From contig JAGVAE010000002.1 in assembly GCA_020060565.1 (NCBI GenBank), forward strand, positions 243,270 to 307,269: a stretch of DNA of 64,000 nt, given 5' to 3'. Under the pieces are notes generated by a model that had not been told where the DNA came from, ran no database searches, and was given only the letters and a program-made list of their open reading frames with translations. This document shows, one piece after another, positions 29,205-39,206 of the stretch. The stretch comes from Candidatus Woesebacteria bacterium. Its GTDB lineage: Bacteria > Patescibacteriota > Microgenomatia > UBA8517. Position 1 is the first letter of the stretch, and every line of letters begins with the position of its first letter. The position numbers and the translations under genes are program-made.

Positions 29205-29795
29205 TTAAATATTGTCTTTCTTCAGCCTCAATAGGTTAGTAACAGCTATCAATTCGCAACCTTCTTCTAAAGCTATTAGTTGATGATAAATATTAACAGG
29301 TATATGGCTTTGGGTGTTGACAAATTCTGTAACCAAAGCTATTGCAAAAAACACAAAAGAAAGAAATAGTATATTTTTTTCTTCCTGAGAAAAATATTTA
29401 ATAAGTCTAGCGATGTAAATTATCAGTACCAACAATAAAGGGAATAGAAGTAATATCCATGTGACTGATTTGTATCCAAGTTTATTTGCCATAAAAAGAA
29501 GATTTGAAGTAAATTCTGGGAATAATACTCTGAATATATTCTCTGTTTTTTCGTGTATGACTAACACTTCATCAATACCAATATATACCAGTAAAATACC
29601 AAACAATTTAAAACCAACCATTTTAAGTAAATATAAACCAATTATTATCGCTTTAATTCCTTGATAAAAAGTAGGTAGATTAAACTCGTAATCCAAATTG
29701 ACAAAACTAAAATGCATACCCCATATTAGATGAGATATGACCATCAATATATCAAAGATAAACAAAATAAAAACAATCCTTTTGTGAATAATCAT
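29205..29795 (-). CDS. hypothetical polytopic membrane protein
   Basis: There are about 6 TM helices. The ATG at 29795 was chosen, and the ORF extends to a TTG at 29801. Confidence 0.4.
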   Translation of the reverse strand: MIIHKRIVFILFIFDILMVISHLIWGMHFSFVNLDYEFNLPTFYQGIKAIIIGLYLLKMVGFKLFGILLVYIGIDEVLVIHEKTENIFRVLFPEFTSNLLFMANKLGYKSVTWILLLFPLLLVLIIYIARLIKYFSQEEKNILFLSFVFFAIALVTEFVNTQSHIPVNIYHQLIALEEGCELIAVTNLLRLKKDNI

Positions 29796-29854
29796 GATCA
29801 AATATATTTTACTTTATTTTAAAGAACTAGATTGAAGAACTAAATGTGCAGCTA

Positions 29855-29883
29855 TTGACAAACAAATAGATAGAGCCTATACT
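29855..29883 (+). promoter_or_regulatory. sigma70-like promoter TTGACA-17-TATACT upstream of the DUF5320/DUF134/znu cluster
   Basis: TTGACA lies at 29855-29860 and TATACT at 29878-29883. An AAGGGGGTGA RBS precedes the ATG at 29926. Confidence 0.5.
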
Positions 29884-29925
29884 GAATAGGTATTCAATAT
29901 AAATATATGAAAGGGGGTGAAAGAT

Positions 29926-30138
29926 ATGCCAAAATTTGATGGAACAGGACCACAAGGAATGGGTCCAATGACAGGACGAGGACTTGGTCCTTGTGGAGGG
30001 CGTATAAAACTTGGTGGAGGTCGAGGTTTTAGGTGTGGTTTGGGAAGGTGTTTCGGTTGGAAATCTCTATCCGATTACAAAAAGGCTCTTGAGGAAGAGC
30101 TTGAAGAAGTGAAAAAACAAGAAAAGGGCCTTAAATAA
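29926..30138 (+). CDS. DUF5320 family Gly-rich small protein
   Basis: MPKFDGTGPQGMGPMTGRGLGPCGGR... followed by a C-terminal coiled region matches the DUF5320 pattern (MPRGDGTGPxGxGPMTGRG). The ORF extends to a GTG at 29917. Confidence 0.65.
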   Translation: MPKFDGTGPQGMGPMTGRGLGPCGGRIKLGGGRGFRCGLGRCFGWKSLSDYKKALEEELEEVKKQEKGLK

Positions 30139-30143
30139 TTATT

Positions 30144-30419
30144 ATGCCTAGACATAAAATGCTCCGCTGTGTGCGGTTTAATCCGGATGTTTATTATTTT
30201 AAACCTCAGGGTATTCCTTTAAGAATGCTTGAGGAAGTTGTACTTTTGCCTGACGAGGTTGAAGCACTAAAGTTGTATGAAGTAGATGGGTTGGAGCAGA
30301 TAAGAGCTTGTGAGAAAATGAAGATTTCTCAACCCACTTTTGCCAGAATATTAGCTAGTGCAAATAAAAAAATTTCGGAAGCCATAATTAAAGGAAAGGC
30401 TATTCGGATTGAAAAATAG
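30144..30419 (+). CDS. DUF134 (UPF0251) putative DNA-binding protein
   Basis: MPRHKMLRCVRFNPDVYYFKPQGIP...LEALKL...ISQPTFARIL...KGKAIRI matches the DUF134 consensus. Confidence 0.65.
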   Translation: MPRHKMLRCVRFNPDVYYFKPQGIPLRMLEEVVLLPDEVEALKLYEVDGLEQIRACEKMKISQPTFARILASANKKISEAIIKGKAIRIEK

Positions 30420-30456
30420 TTTGTGATAATTGTGGTAAAATTCATAACGTGACCAT

Positions 30457-31380
30457 ATGACAAGAAACAAATTTTTACTTTTGTTAAGTGCAGTACTGTT
30501 TTTAATTATTAGTTTTGTTTATGTCAATTACAGAAGTGTTGTAATTCCTTCTGGTGATAAAGTAGCTGTAACCATTTTTCCACTTTACGATATCGTAAAA
30601 AATATTGCAGGAGACGAAGTAAAAGTTGTTAATATTCTTCCTCCAGGTGCCAGTCCTCACACCTTTGATCCAACTCCACAGGAAGTTAAAAAGATTGTAG
30701 GTAGTCGAGCAATATTTTCCATAGGTCATGGACTTGATAATTGGTCTCAAATATTAGCTAAATCAGTGGATATTAATAACATTATTACAGTCGACAAAAA
30801 TATAGAATTGATTGATAGTACTCACGAACATGGGGAAGTTGAAGATGAACATGAACATGAAAGTGAAAGTGATGGGAAGGACCCTCACTACTGGCTATCT
30901 GTACCAAACGCTATTGGTATTGCATCTCAGATAAAGGATGAATTATCAAATTTATTTCCAGAAAAAACCTCACAATTTGAAGAGAACTTTAATGATTACG
31001 AAATACGTCTGCAAAACTTGGATACTGATATATATTCAAAATTTAAGAAATTACCTAACAATAAAATTTCCACCTTTCATAATGCATGGGCATATTTCGG
31101 AAGAGATCATGGGCTGGTGATTACTACCACTTTTGAAGAATTTCCTGGTGAAGAGCCTACTGTAGAATATTTGAAAGAGTTTCAAAAGAAGATAAAAGAT
31201 AATAATGTCAAAGTAATTTTTTCTGAACCCCAATTTTCTACGAAGTCTCTTGAACCAATCGTAAAAGATCTGGATATTACAATTTCTACTCTTGATCCAA
31301 TTGGAGGGGTCCCCGGCCGTGAATCTTTTGAGGCATTAATGAATTACAATGCCGAAAAGATTATCAACGCTTTACAATGA
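30457..31380 (+). CDS. znuA: metal ABC transporter substrate-binding protein (ZnuA/TroA cluster 9) with His/Asp/Glu-rich loop
   Basis: An N-terminal TM or signal sequence is present. The HEHGEVEDEHEHESESDGKDPHYW loop is typical of Zn-specific ZnuA. Confidence 0.75.
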   Translation: MTRNKFLLLLSAVLFLIISFVYVNYRSVVIPSGDKVAVTIFPLYDIVKNIAGDEVKVVNILPPGASPHTFDPTPQEVKKIVGSRAIFSIGHGLDNWSQILAKSVDINNIITVDKNIELIDSTHEHGEVEDEHEHESESDGKDPHYWLSVPNAIGIASQIKDELSNLFPEKTSQFEENFNDYEIRLQNLDTDIYSKFKKLPNNKISTFHNAWAYFGRDHGLVITTTFEEFPGEEPTVEYLKEFQKKIKDNNVKVIFSEPQFSTKSLEPIVKDLDITISTLDPIGGVPGRESFEALMNYNAEKIINALQ

Positions 31381-32108
31381 AACAAAACGCACTTGAGGTA
31401 AAAGACCTAACTGTCACATATCCTGAATATGCCAACAATGCTATAGAAAATGTGACCTTTTCAGTTGAGGAAGGAACAATGGCCGCCCTTATTGGTCCCA
31501 ACGGTTCGGGAAAGACATCAATAATAAGAAGTATATTGGGGCTTATTGACTATAAAGGAGAAATAAAAGTGTTTGGTAAGCCTGTGCATGAAGCCCGACA
31601 CACCATAGGGTATGTACCCCAAAGGTTCTCATTTGATCCAACTTTTCCAGTTACCGTTTTTGAATTCATATCAATGGTGCTTTCTGAAAATACAAAGAAA
31701 AAACATTTGATTTCGGAAACTCTAGATTATGTTGAGGGAACGGATTTGGTGGGTAGGAAACTATCATCTTTGTCCGGGGGACAGCTGCAAAGAGTTCTTC
31801 TAGCTCGGGCACTGGTTAAAAAACCATCACTTCTTTTACTTGATGAGCCTGAAGCGGGTGTTGATATTGGTGGCGAGCAAACATTTTATGATTTAATGGA
31901 AAAGCTGGTTAAGGATGAAAAAATAACCGCGCTTATTGCAAGTCATGAACTTGATATTGTTTATGCCTATGCCCAGAAAGCAATATGTGTAAATAAAAAG
32001 ATGCTTTGTTCTGGAGTTCCTAAGGAGGTATTAAATCAGGAAACTTTCTTGGAGCTTTATGGCAGGGGTCTAAAGTTTTTTGGTCATACAGGTCATCACC
32101 ACAGCTAA
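31377..32108 (+). CDS. znuC: metal ABC transporter ATP-binding protein
   Basis: The Walker A (GPNGSGKTS), signature (LSGGQLQRV) and Walker B (LLLDEPEAG) motifs are present. The His-rich C-terminus is GHTGHHHS. Confidence 0.8.
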   Translation: MKQNALEVKDLTVTYPEYANNAIENVTFSVEEGTMAALIGPNGSGKTSIIRSILGLIDYKGEIKVFGKPVHEARHTIGYVPQRFSFDPTFPVTVFEFISMVLSENTKKKHLISETLDYVEGTDLVGRKLSSLSGGQLQRVLLARALVKKPSLLLLDEPEAGVDIGGEQTFYDLMEKLVKDEKITALIASHELDIVYAYAQKAICVNKKMLCSGVPKEVLNQETFLELYGRGLKFFGHTGHHHS

Positions 32109-32113
32109 CAAAT

Positions 32114-32923
32114 ATGCAAGAAATTATCGGTTCACTACAATATCCTTTTGTTCAACGAGCCCTCTTGGGTGGAATTTTGGTTGCGGTTTTGACATCATGG
32201 ATGGGAATCTTGGTGGTTCTCAGACAATCATCTTTTTTTGGTGATGCAATTGCTCACTCATCATTAATGGGAATTGCCCTGGGGCTTCTTTTGGGAATCA
32301 ATCCGATTGCGGTTGCAGCCATCTATGCCATTTTCGTTTCGTTTCTTCTTCCTTTTTTGAGAAAACACAGTCATTTGCCGCAAGACTCACTTCTAGGGTT
32401 TATCCTCCCTTTTTCAATGGGACTTGGGGTAATACTTCTGGCATTAATTCCGGGTTACCAACCTGAGCTTATAAGTTTTTTATTTGGTAGTATTTTAGCA
32501 ATCGGTTGGGGAGATATTGCAATAACTGCGATATTAGCTTTGGTTACTTTCCTTGTGATGTTTATTCTTAGAGGTAAACTTACATTTGCTTCTTTTGATA
32601 GCGAATACGCAAAAGTGACTGGAATAAAAGTGTCTATGATAGATACTATTTACCATGTTCTACTTGCCGTAACTGTTGTTGCAGGTATACGTCTAGTGGG
32701 TATTATACTCGTTAATGCTCTTTTGGTTATTCCTGCAAGTACGGTAAGACTCTTTGCCCGTTCCTTAAAGGATATGTTTATATTTACTCCTATTTTGGCA
32801 ATTATTATTATGATTGTGGGACTTTTAGCATCTTTCACTTTTGACATACCTTCAGGCCCAACAATTGCCGTTACTTCGGGTCTGCTGTTTTTGATAACAC
32901 TTGTTTTTACAAAATTTAAATGA
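32114..32923 (+). CDS. znuB: metal ABC transporter permease
   Basis: The 269 aa product has about 8 TM helices and the ABC-3 family architecture. Confidence 0.75.
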   Translation: MQEIIGSLQYPFVQRALLGGILVAVLTSWMGILVVLRQSSFFGDAIAHSSLMGIALGLLLGINPIAVAAIYAIFVSFLLPFLRKHSHLPQDSLLGFILPFSMGLGVILLALIPGYQPELISFLFGSILAIGWGDIAITAILALVTFLVMFILRGKLTFASFDSEYAKVTGIKVSMIDTIYHVLLAVTVVAGIRLVGIILVNALLVIPASTVRLFARSLKDMFIFTPILAIIIMIVGLLASFTFDIPSGPTIAVTSGLLFLITLVFTKFK

Positions 32924-33996
32924 AAAAAATAGTGATTTCAATTGCTATCATCGTTTTGGGTTTTTCATTTGCTTTATCTCCAATAAAAGCTCAAGAAACA
33001 GAGCTAGAAGGGCATATTGAAGAATCTTTAGAGGCAAAAGTGACGCAAGTGTTAGTAGAAAAGACACAGAAATTAAGACTGTTGGTGACTAAGGGGTCTT
33101 TAAAGGATAGAGAAATTGAAATTGAAAGCGGGAATATTCCCTCGGTTAATCTACCCAAATATAAAATTGGAGATAAAGTAATTGTTTCATATTCTAAAGA
33201 TTTTGATGGAAACGACTTTTTCTACATTACAGACTTTGTTAGACGTGATTCTTTAGTTTGGCTGTTTTTAATTTTCATTGTGGTTACGGTTACTATTGCC
33301 AGGTGGCGTGGTCTACTTTCACTTCTGGGAATGGGTCTTTCTTTTTTGGTAATCTTTCTTCTAATTCTTCCCAGGATTTTGGCGGGGGATAATCCGGTAG
33401 AAATTGCGATATTGGGTTCACTCATAATTATTCCCGTCACATTTTTCCTTTCTCACGGATTTAATAAAAAGACAGGAGTTGCAATTGCAGGGACACTAGT
33501 TGCTTTGGTTGTTACAGGAATACTTTCAGGATTTTTTGTTGAAGCTTCAAAATTAACAGGTTTTGCTTCTGAGGAGGCAGCTTTTCTTCAATCAGCAAAA
33601 GATGGTCTGGTAAACATTAAAGGACTCCTTTTAGCAGGAATCATTATTGGAGTTTTGGGAGTACTTGATGATATTACAATTTCCCAATCAGCCATTGTTT
33701 TTCAACTCAAAGAAGCCAATGAAAAAATGAAGTTTAAAGAACTTTACAAAAGGGCCATGAGTGTTGGACAGGATCATATATCCTCAATGGTTAATACCCT
33801 AATCTTAGTTTACACAGGGGCATCTCTACCCCTTCTTCTTTTATTTATTAATAATCCCCATCCTTTTTCTGAAGTGATAAATTATGAGATTGTTGCTGAT
33901 GAAATAGTTAGAACGTTGGTGGGAAGCATAGGACTTGTTTTAGCTGTTCCTGTAACAACTTTGCTGGCGGCATTAGTAGTAGATAAAAAAATATGA
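32920..33996 (+). CDS. YibE/F-like membrane protein
   Basis: A signal sequence, an N-terminal extracytoplasmic domain and a multi-TM region are present. The resemblance to YibE/F is from recall only. Confidence 0.35.
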   Translation: MKKIVISIAIIVLGFSFALSPIKAQETELEGHIEESLEAKVTQVLVEKTQKLRLLVTKGSLKDREIEIESGNIPSVNLPKYKIGDKVIVSYSKDFDGNDFFYITDFVRRDSLVWLFLIFIVVTVTIARWRGLLSLLGMGLSFLVIFLLILPRILAGDNPVEIAILGSLIIIPVTFFLSHGFNKKTGVAIAGTLVALVVTGILSGFFVEASKLTGFASEEAAFLQSAKDGLVNIKGLLLAGIIIGVLGVLDDITISQSAIVFQLKEANEKMKFKELYKRAMSVGQDHISSMVNTLILVYTGASLPLLLLFINNPHPFSEVINYEIVADEIVRTLVGSIGLVLAVPVTTLLAALVVDKKI

Positions 33997-34265
33997 AGGT
34001 AATAAAAATTGGTGCTGTCTGGTGTAATGGCTGTCTTGTTATGCGTCCACGCTGGATAGAAATAGAAAAAGAAAATCCATGGCTTAATACTGAATATTTA
34101 GATTATGATAAAAACAGAGAGATTATGAAAAAATATAAGGTTGAGAGCGGAAAACTTCCTGTATTTATATTTCTAGGAAAAGACGGCAATGAAATTATAC
34201 GTCTTTTTGGGGAGATCGAGAAAAAAGACTTATTAAAAACTGTCGACAAGTATAAAAATCTATAA
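33993..34265 (+). CDS. thioredoxin-fold protein (WCNGC active site)
   Basis: The 90 aa product carries a CxxC motif within AVWCNGC. Confidence 0.5.
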   Translation: MKVIKIGAVWCNGCLVMRPRWIEIEKENPWLNTEYLDYDKNREIMKKYKVESGKLPVFIFLGKDGNEIIRLFGEIEKKDLLKTVDKYKNL

Positions 34266-34270
34266 AAATT

Positions 34271-35461
34271 ATGTTTAAGAAAATAATTGCGATATTTTTT
34301 GTTTTGTTTTTTTTGTTTATTCCTGATTTGGTTTCGGCTCAGGAAAACAAAGTAAATATATATTTCTTTTGGTCACAATCCTGCCCCCACTGTGCTAAAG
34401 AAAAAGCATTTCTTCAGGAAATTGCACCCAAGTATCCCAATTTAGTACTTCACGATTATGAAGTGAATTTGACGGAAAACTATTCATTGTTGCAAAAAAT
34501 TGGCGATGAATTGAACATTGTAACGGGTGGAGTGCCAATTACGATTATTGGTAATTCACATTTTGTAGGATATTTGGATGACGAGACAACCGGTCAGACA
34601 ATAATTAATTTGATTGAAGAGGTAAGTTTAAAAGGAGATTCTAATTCTGTTGGAAAAATTATCAGTAGCAAAGAAGAAACGGTTGTACCGACGTCAAATA
34701 TTAAAAGTGTTCCCGAACAAATTAAAGTTCCTATTCTAGGTAGTGTTGATACCAAGAAACTTTCCCTGCCAATTTTAACCATTGTGATAGCTGCGATGGA
34801 TGGTTTTAATCCTTGTGCTATGTGGACTCTTTTATTCCTTATAAGTCTTCTTTTAGGAATGAAAGATAGAAAAAGGATGTGGATATTGGGTGGTACGTTT
34901 ATTGTCACATCAGCGGTTGTTTATTTTCTTTTCCTTTCTGCGTGGCTTAATCTATTTTTATTCTTGGGTTTTATTGTTTGGGTTCGTATTGCCATTGGAA
35001 TTTTGGCAATTGGGGCAGGTGGATATTATCTCAGGGATTATGTCAAAAACAAATCTGGTGGTTGTAATGTAATGGGGGACACAAAAAGACAAAAGATATT
35101 TGAAAAAATCAGAGATATAACCCAAAGAAAAGAATTTCTTCTAGCACTTGGTGGAATAATCATTCTTGCCTTGACGGTTAATATAGTTGAACTTGTTTGT
35201 TCTGCAGGACTTCCTGCGATTTATACCCAAATACTAAGTCTTTCTCATTTAAATCCATGGCAGCACTATGGATATTTACTTTTATATGTTTTGATATTCA
35301 TGCTGGATGATTTGTTTATTTTCTTCACAGCCATGATTACACTCCAGGCAACAGGAATTCAAAGTAAATATTCAAGGTTTTCCCATCTTGTTGGAGGAGT
35401 ATTGATGGTAATTATTGGTTTACTTCTTCTATTTAAACCGGAACTTCTGATGTTTGGGTAA
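34271..35461 (+). CDS. thiol-disulfide oxidoreductase membrane protein (Trx-like CPHC domain fused to a Cys-containing polytopic domain)
   Basis: A signal sequence is followed by WSQSCPHC (Trx-like). Then come about 6 TM helices with conserved Cys (FNPCAMW, VCSAGLP) resembling CcdA/DsbD-type membrane domains. Confidence 0.4.
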   Translation: MFKKIIAIFFVLFFLFIPDLVSAQENKVNIYFFWSQSCPHCAKEKAFLQEIAPKYPNLVLHDYEVNLTENYSLLQKIGDELNIVTGGVPITIIGNSHFVGYLDDETTGQTIINLIEEVSLKGDSNSVGKIISSKEETVVPTSNIKSVPEQIKVPILGSVDTKKLSLPILTIVIAAMDGFNPCAMWTLLFLISLLLGMKDRKRMWILGGTFIVTSAVVYFLFLSAWLNLFLFLGFIVWVRIAIGILAIGAGGYYLRDYVKNKSGGCNVMGDTKRQKIFEKIRDITQRKEFLLALGGIIILALTVNIVELVCSAGLPAIYTQILSLSHLNPWQHYGYLLLYVLIFMLDDLFIFFTAMITLQATGIQSKYSRFSHLVGGVLMVIIGLLLLFKPELLMFG

Positions 35462-35491
35462 GTCCTTTTGTGTTAATCCTCTCTCAGAATT

Positions 35492-36289
35492 TTAAGGATC
35501 AATAACCCATTTATCACCATTACCGGGATCTATCGTTCCTGGGTCGATTGTGTTTCCTGGATTGCCTTGGACGGTATTGGGTGATGTATTCATATTTCCT
35601 CCTGCGGGCACTGGTTCGTTAATTGTTCCACCTGTTTTGATTTCCACAGTTTTAATATCATTAGTAGCAGATCCACCACTAGTTGTTCCTGGAGCAAACA
35701 TCAATTTTGAACCTCCTTCGTAGATCACTCCTGAAGTTCCTCCTGGCCCTGTTCCTGGGGCCCACACATGTTCAACTTTGTTTAAAAATTCAGTTTGTCC
35801 TTCTGTTCCGTTTACTTCCACAACCCTTTGTGCCACTCGATTTACAACCTGCTCCTGAATTTGAATAACATTTTGTTTTCCATCTTCACCAACTTTTGTT
35901 TTAATTTTTTCCATGGTCTTTTGTTGTTCTATCGTTCTTTCTGCAACTATTCCCAAAACTTTTCCGTCACCAATTTCTGTTAACAAATGATTTTGTCTTT
36001 CTTTTATTTCTGCATAATTGTAAAGTACGCCCTGCACTTTTTCGTTATTTCCTTCTTCTGTATAGTTTTGTGCCATAGTTAGCCTTTTTTCAGCTTGTTT
36101 TTCCAATACGGCTATTTTATTTTCAATCCTAAAGGCAAAGAAATATTCAATTCCCTCTTGGATTTTTAGTACGATCGAATCCTCTGAAGTGAATACTTGT
36201 TGTAGATCAACTGCTTTTGAAGTCTTTGGAGTAAGGAAACAGACGGAGAAGAAAAACAATACCAATAAAAATATCTTTTTAATATTCAT
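35492..36289 (-). CDS. hypothetical secreted protein with coiled N-domain and G/T/P-rich C-terminus
   Basis: A signal peptide MNIKKIFLLVLFFFSVCFLTPKTSKA is present. The C-terminus is low-complexity (GTGPGGTSG...GNPGNTIDPGTIDPG). Confidence 0.45.
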   Translation of the reverse strand: MNIKKIFLLVLFFFSVCFLTPKTSKAVDLQQVFTSEDSIVLKIQEGIEYFFAFRIENKIAVLEKQAEKRLTMAQNYTEEGNNEKVQGVLYNYAEIKERQNHLLTEIGDGKVLGIVAERTIEQQKTMEKIKTKVGEDGKQNVIQIQEQVVNRVAQRVVEVNGTEGQTEFLNKVEHVWAPGTGPGGTSGVIYEGGSKLMFAPGTTSGGSATNDIKTVEIKTGGTINEPVPAGGNMNTSPNTVQGNPGNTIDPGTIDPGNGDKWVIDP

Positions 36290-36454
36290 CTAACTTAATG
36301 ATATACCAATCGTTGTTAACAAATCAAACAGATTTACTTGGTGTGTGACCACTAGGGTGCACTGTTTGGTTGTGGAACCAGGATTCCTTCACTAGATATA
36401 ATATCCACGACTATATTTCATGCTGTATACTTATAATAATTTATAGAAAATATC

Positions 36455-36853
36455 ATGTTTATAAAACTTTACCTTATTGCGTTTACTGTATTTTTAGCCA
36501 TTGACGCGGTTTGGCTTACCCTGATTGCTAAAAATTTTTATGCAAAATATATAGGGTATTTGATGGCTAAAAATCCAAATCTTATCGCAGCTTTAATTTT
36601 TTATCTTATTTTTATTGCAGGTCTTGTATTTTTTGTCATTAATCCTGCACTCGATAAAAAAATGTGGACACATGCACTTCTAGCGGGTGTATTTTTTGGA
36701 CTTGTTACCTATGCAACTTATGATCTTACCAACCTTGCAACTGTAAAAGACTGGCCATTAACTGTCACAATAGTTGATCTTATTTGGGGAATGTTTGTAT
36801 CTGCCGCAGTATCAGTTGCCACCTACTTTATAGCTCTTAAATTGGGATTATGA
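36455..36853 (+). CDS. DUF2177-like small membrane protein
   Basis: The 132 aa product has 4 TM helices. The family assignment is from recall. Confidence 0.35.
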   Translation: MFIKLYLIAFTVFLAIDAVWLTLIAKNFYAKYIGYLMAKNPNLIAALIFYLIFIAGLVFFVINPALDKKMWTHALLAGVFFGLVTYATYDLTNLATVKDWPLTVTIVDLIWGMFVSAAVSVATYFIALKLGL

Positions 36854-37614
36854 ATTATTACCTTCTGCTTGCCACATCACTTCTGGGGTATATGACTTTT
36901 TGGTTTATTGTTTCTGTTATTAAAAAAAGAAATGATGTAGCAGATATTGCATGGGGGCTGGGGTTTGTACTTTTAGCATGGCTTTCATTTTATATATCTG
37001 GTTATTCATTTAAAGCACTTTTAGTAAACAGTTTAGTGACTGTTTGGGGACTACGGCTTGCTTGGCATATTTACAATCGTAATAAAAATAAACCTGAGGA
37101 TTCAAGGTACTTTGAGTGGAGAAAAACATGGAAGAATTTTTACTTAAGAAGTTTTTTACAAGTATTTTTACTTCAGGGAATTTTTCTGTTTTTAATCTCC
37201 CTTCCTGTGATGTATATAAACCATTCGGTTGCAAATGGTTTTGGAATATTAGAAGTCCTTGGACTTTTTGTTTGGAGTCTTGGTTTTTATTTTGAGAGTA
37301 CTGGAGATAGACAACTTAAAGAGTTTATTGCAAACCCCATAAATAAAGGTAAGTTGATGGATAGAGGACTATGGCGGTACTCGCGCCATCCAAATTATTT
37401 TGGAGAGGTAACTCAGTGGTGGGGAATTTTTATCATTTCGCTTTCTATACAAGGTTCGTTCTTTACGATAATTGGGCCGCTAACGATTATTCTATTAATT
37501 CTTTTTGTTTCGGGTATTCCACTTCTTGAGAAAAAATATGAAGGCCGACCGGACTGGGAAGAATATAAAAAGAGAACGAGCATTTTTATTCCACTACCTC
37601 CAAAACGACGCTGA
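36850..37614 (+). CDS. DUF1295 / steroid 5-alpha-reductase-ICMT-like membrane protein
   Basis: The [14 protein letters not shown] motif is typical of DUF1295/NnrU/ICMT-fold membrane enzymes. Confidence 0.55.
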   Translation: MNYYLLLATSLLGYMTFWFIVSVIKKRNDVADIAWGLGFVLLAWLSFYISGYSFKALLVNSLVTVWGLRLAWHIYNRNKNKPEDSRYFEWRKTWKNFYLRSFLQVFLLQGIFLFLISLPVMYINHSVANGFGILEVLGLFVWSLGFYFESTGDRQLKEFIANPINKGKLMDRGLWRYSRHPNYFGEVTQWWGIFIISLSIQGSFFTIIGPLTIILLILFVSGIPLLEKKYEGRPDWEEYKKRTSIFIPLPPKRR

Positions 37615-37676
37615 ATAACAAAGGTATAGTCAGACGGTCAATTTTGCCACTTACGGTCGCTTGGTGTCCAATCTTG

Positions 37677-37747
37677 CTGCCCGACCTCGATTCGAACGAG
37701 GATTAAATGGTCCAGAACCATTTGGCCTACCGTTAGCCGATCGGGCA
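37677..37747 (-). tRNA. tRNA-Gln (anticodon CUG)
   Basis: A manual cloverleaf gives the 5' acceptor arm UGCCCGA paired with 3' UCGGGCA (U1:A72). The D-arm is GGCU/GGCC, the anticodon stem AAUGG/CCAUU, the anticodon loop UUCUGGA, the T-arm CCUCG-UUCGAAU-CGAGG and the discriminator G73. CCA is not encoded. Confidence 0.8.
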
Positions 37748-37777
37748 TTATATAGAAACAGGCATATTATATCATTC

Positions 37778-38815
37778 CTAGCCTGTGAGTTTGGAGAAAT
37801 GGGGAATTTTGTGGATTAGATATGCAATTGTAAAAGACATTGTAGCAACAAATGCAAAGAAGATGGGGTCAAATACTATTTTTCCCAAGTCATTTCCACT
37901 TAGAAAGTTGAATAGATTGTGTCCAGTGTATTTCCACAAAACCTCAAGAATTATTACATGGATAAAAAAGACAAGGTAGGAAAGTTTTGAAAATCTTTCT
38001 ACTATTGCAAATTGGAGTCTACTTTTATCGAAGGCATAGAAAAGAACCAGGAATGAAGTTAGAGTGTAAAAAAAGACACTAGGTCTCCATTGGGAATAAA
38101 AAGCTAGGTAACTACCAGATATGTTAAAACCAATTTTACCTTCTAGAAAAATATATACTCCTAAAATGGTTGTGACTAAAATTAAATAGTACCTCCATTT
38201 TTTTACTACTTCCATAATCCTGTTTTTATTTCTTGCTGCAATTATTCCAATAATGAAGAAGAAAAAGCTTAAAATTGTAATTCTTATTGGATCTGGGTAT
38301 TCAAACTTGTCGATCACATAATCCCAATAAAGAAGACTAGTTTGAATAACTCCAAGTCCGACTAGAACAAATATGTTTGATAGATATTTGTAAAACCTGT
38401 GAAGTAGAGGAAAAATTATGTAAAAGATTGCCAAAGTTGGGATAAAATAAAGTTGGTAAGAAGCGTCTCCCGTCAAAATTACATGCAATAAATTTTCGCG
38501 GTTTTGGGTGTAAACAAAAAAATAATATATAAGACTCCATAAAATATACGGCAGAAGTATCTTAGAAAGCCTTTTTTTGAGGTATGACCAAAAGTTAGTA
38601 TGATTTTGATAATTAAGTTCCAGCACAAATCCAGATATCAAGATAAATAAAGGAACTGCAAAACGGGCAATTTGATTTAGAAACAAGGTAAATGGGAAAT
38701 TAGTTAAGTCATTGTGGGTGTACTCGATTGCCCGTGTTGTAGTGTGAATTAAGATTACTGCAAGGATGGATATGGTCCGTATCGCATCAATTGATTTGAC
38801 GTACCGCTTCTCCAT
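37778..38815 (-). CDS. acyltransferase family 3 (OafA-like) membrane protein
   Basis: The N-terminal IDAIRTISILAVILIHT and about 10 TM helices are typical of Acyl_transf_3. Confidence 0.6.
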   Translation of the reverse strand: MEKRYVKSIDAIRTISILAVILIHTTTRAIEYTHNDLTNFPFTLFLNQIARFAVPLFILISGFVLELNYQNHTNFWSYLKKRLSKILLPYILWSLIYYFFVYTQNRENLLHVILTGDASYQLYFIPTLAIFYIIFPLLHRFYKYLSNIFVLVGLGVIQTSLLYWDYVIDKFEYPDPIRITILSFFFFIIGIIAARNKNRIMEVVKKWRYYLILVTTILGVYIFLEGKIGFNISGSYLAFYSQWRPSVFFYTLTSFLVLFYAFDKSRLQFAIVERFSKLSYLVFFIHVIILEVLWKYTGHNLFNFLSGNDLGKIVFDPIFFAFVATMSFTIAYLIHKIPHFSKLTG

Positions 38816-38818
38816 ATT

Positions 38819-39184
38819 TTAAAAAAGTAGGATGAGCTTTGGAAGAAAAAGAAGTATTCCGATTATTAAAGACCCAATTGAAGCAATAAGTACTGCTCCT
38901 GCCACCACATCCTTTGCCAGCTTGGCTTTAGGGTGAATTTGTGGACTTGCAAGATCAACAACTGCTTCGATAGACGTATTTACGAGTTCCAGAACCAGAA
39001 CAAATGTTATTGCGATTATAAGGGCTAACCATTCGGTTGTAGAAATATTAAGAAAAATTCCAAGGGCAATAGCCAAAACACCTAATATGATTTGAATTTT
39101 GAAATTTCTACCTTTTTTTATTGCTGCCACAAGTCCTTCAAATGCGTATCCAAAACTTTTAAGTAAAGAGTGTTTGTGTTCCAT
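38819..39184 (-). CDS. dgkA: diacylglycerol/undecaprenol kinase DgkA family
   Basis: SFGYAFEG and three TM helices match the prokaryotic DgkA family. The ATG at 39184 was chosen, and the ORF extends to 39226. Confidence 0.65.
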   Translation of the reverse strand: MEHKHSLLKSFGYAFEGLVAAIKKGRNFKIQIILGVLAIALGIFLNISTTEWLALIIAITFVLVLELVNTSIEAVVDLASPQIHPKAKLAKDVVAGAVLIASIGSLIIGILLFLPKLILLF

Positions 39185-39206
39185 AAGACTATGATACCAT
39201 TTATAT

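Noticed and set aside
30421-30456. Zur/Fur box upstream of znuA
   Set aside because: A TGATAAT segment is present but lacks the partnered ATTATCA half-site. There is no convincing palindrome.
36290-36454. Possible small RNA in the relatively GC-rich 165-bp gap before the DUF2177-like gene
   Set aside because: There are short direct repeats (CACTAG) but no convincing conserved structure. There is no match to SRP, 6S, tmRNA or RNase P motifs that I can recognise.
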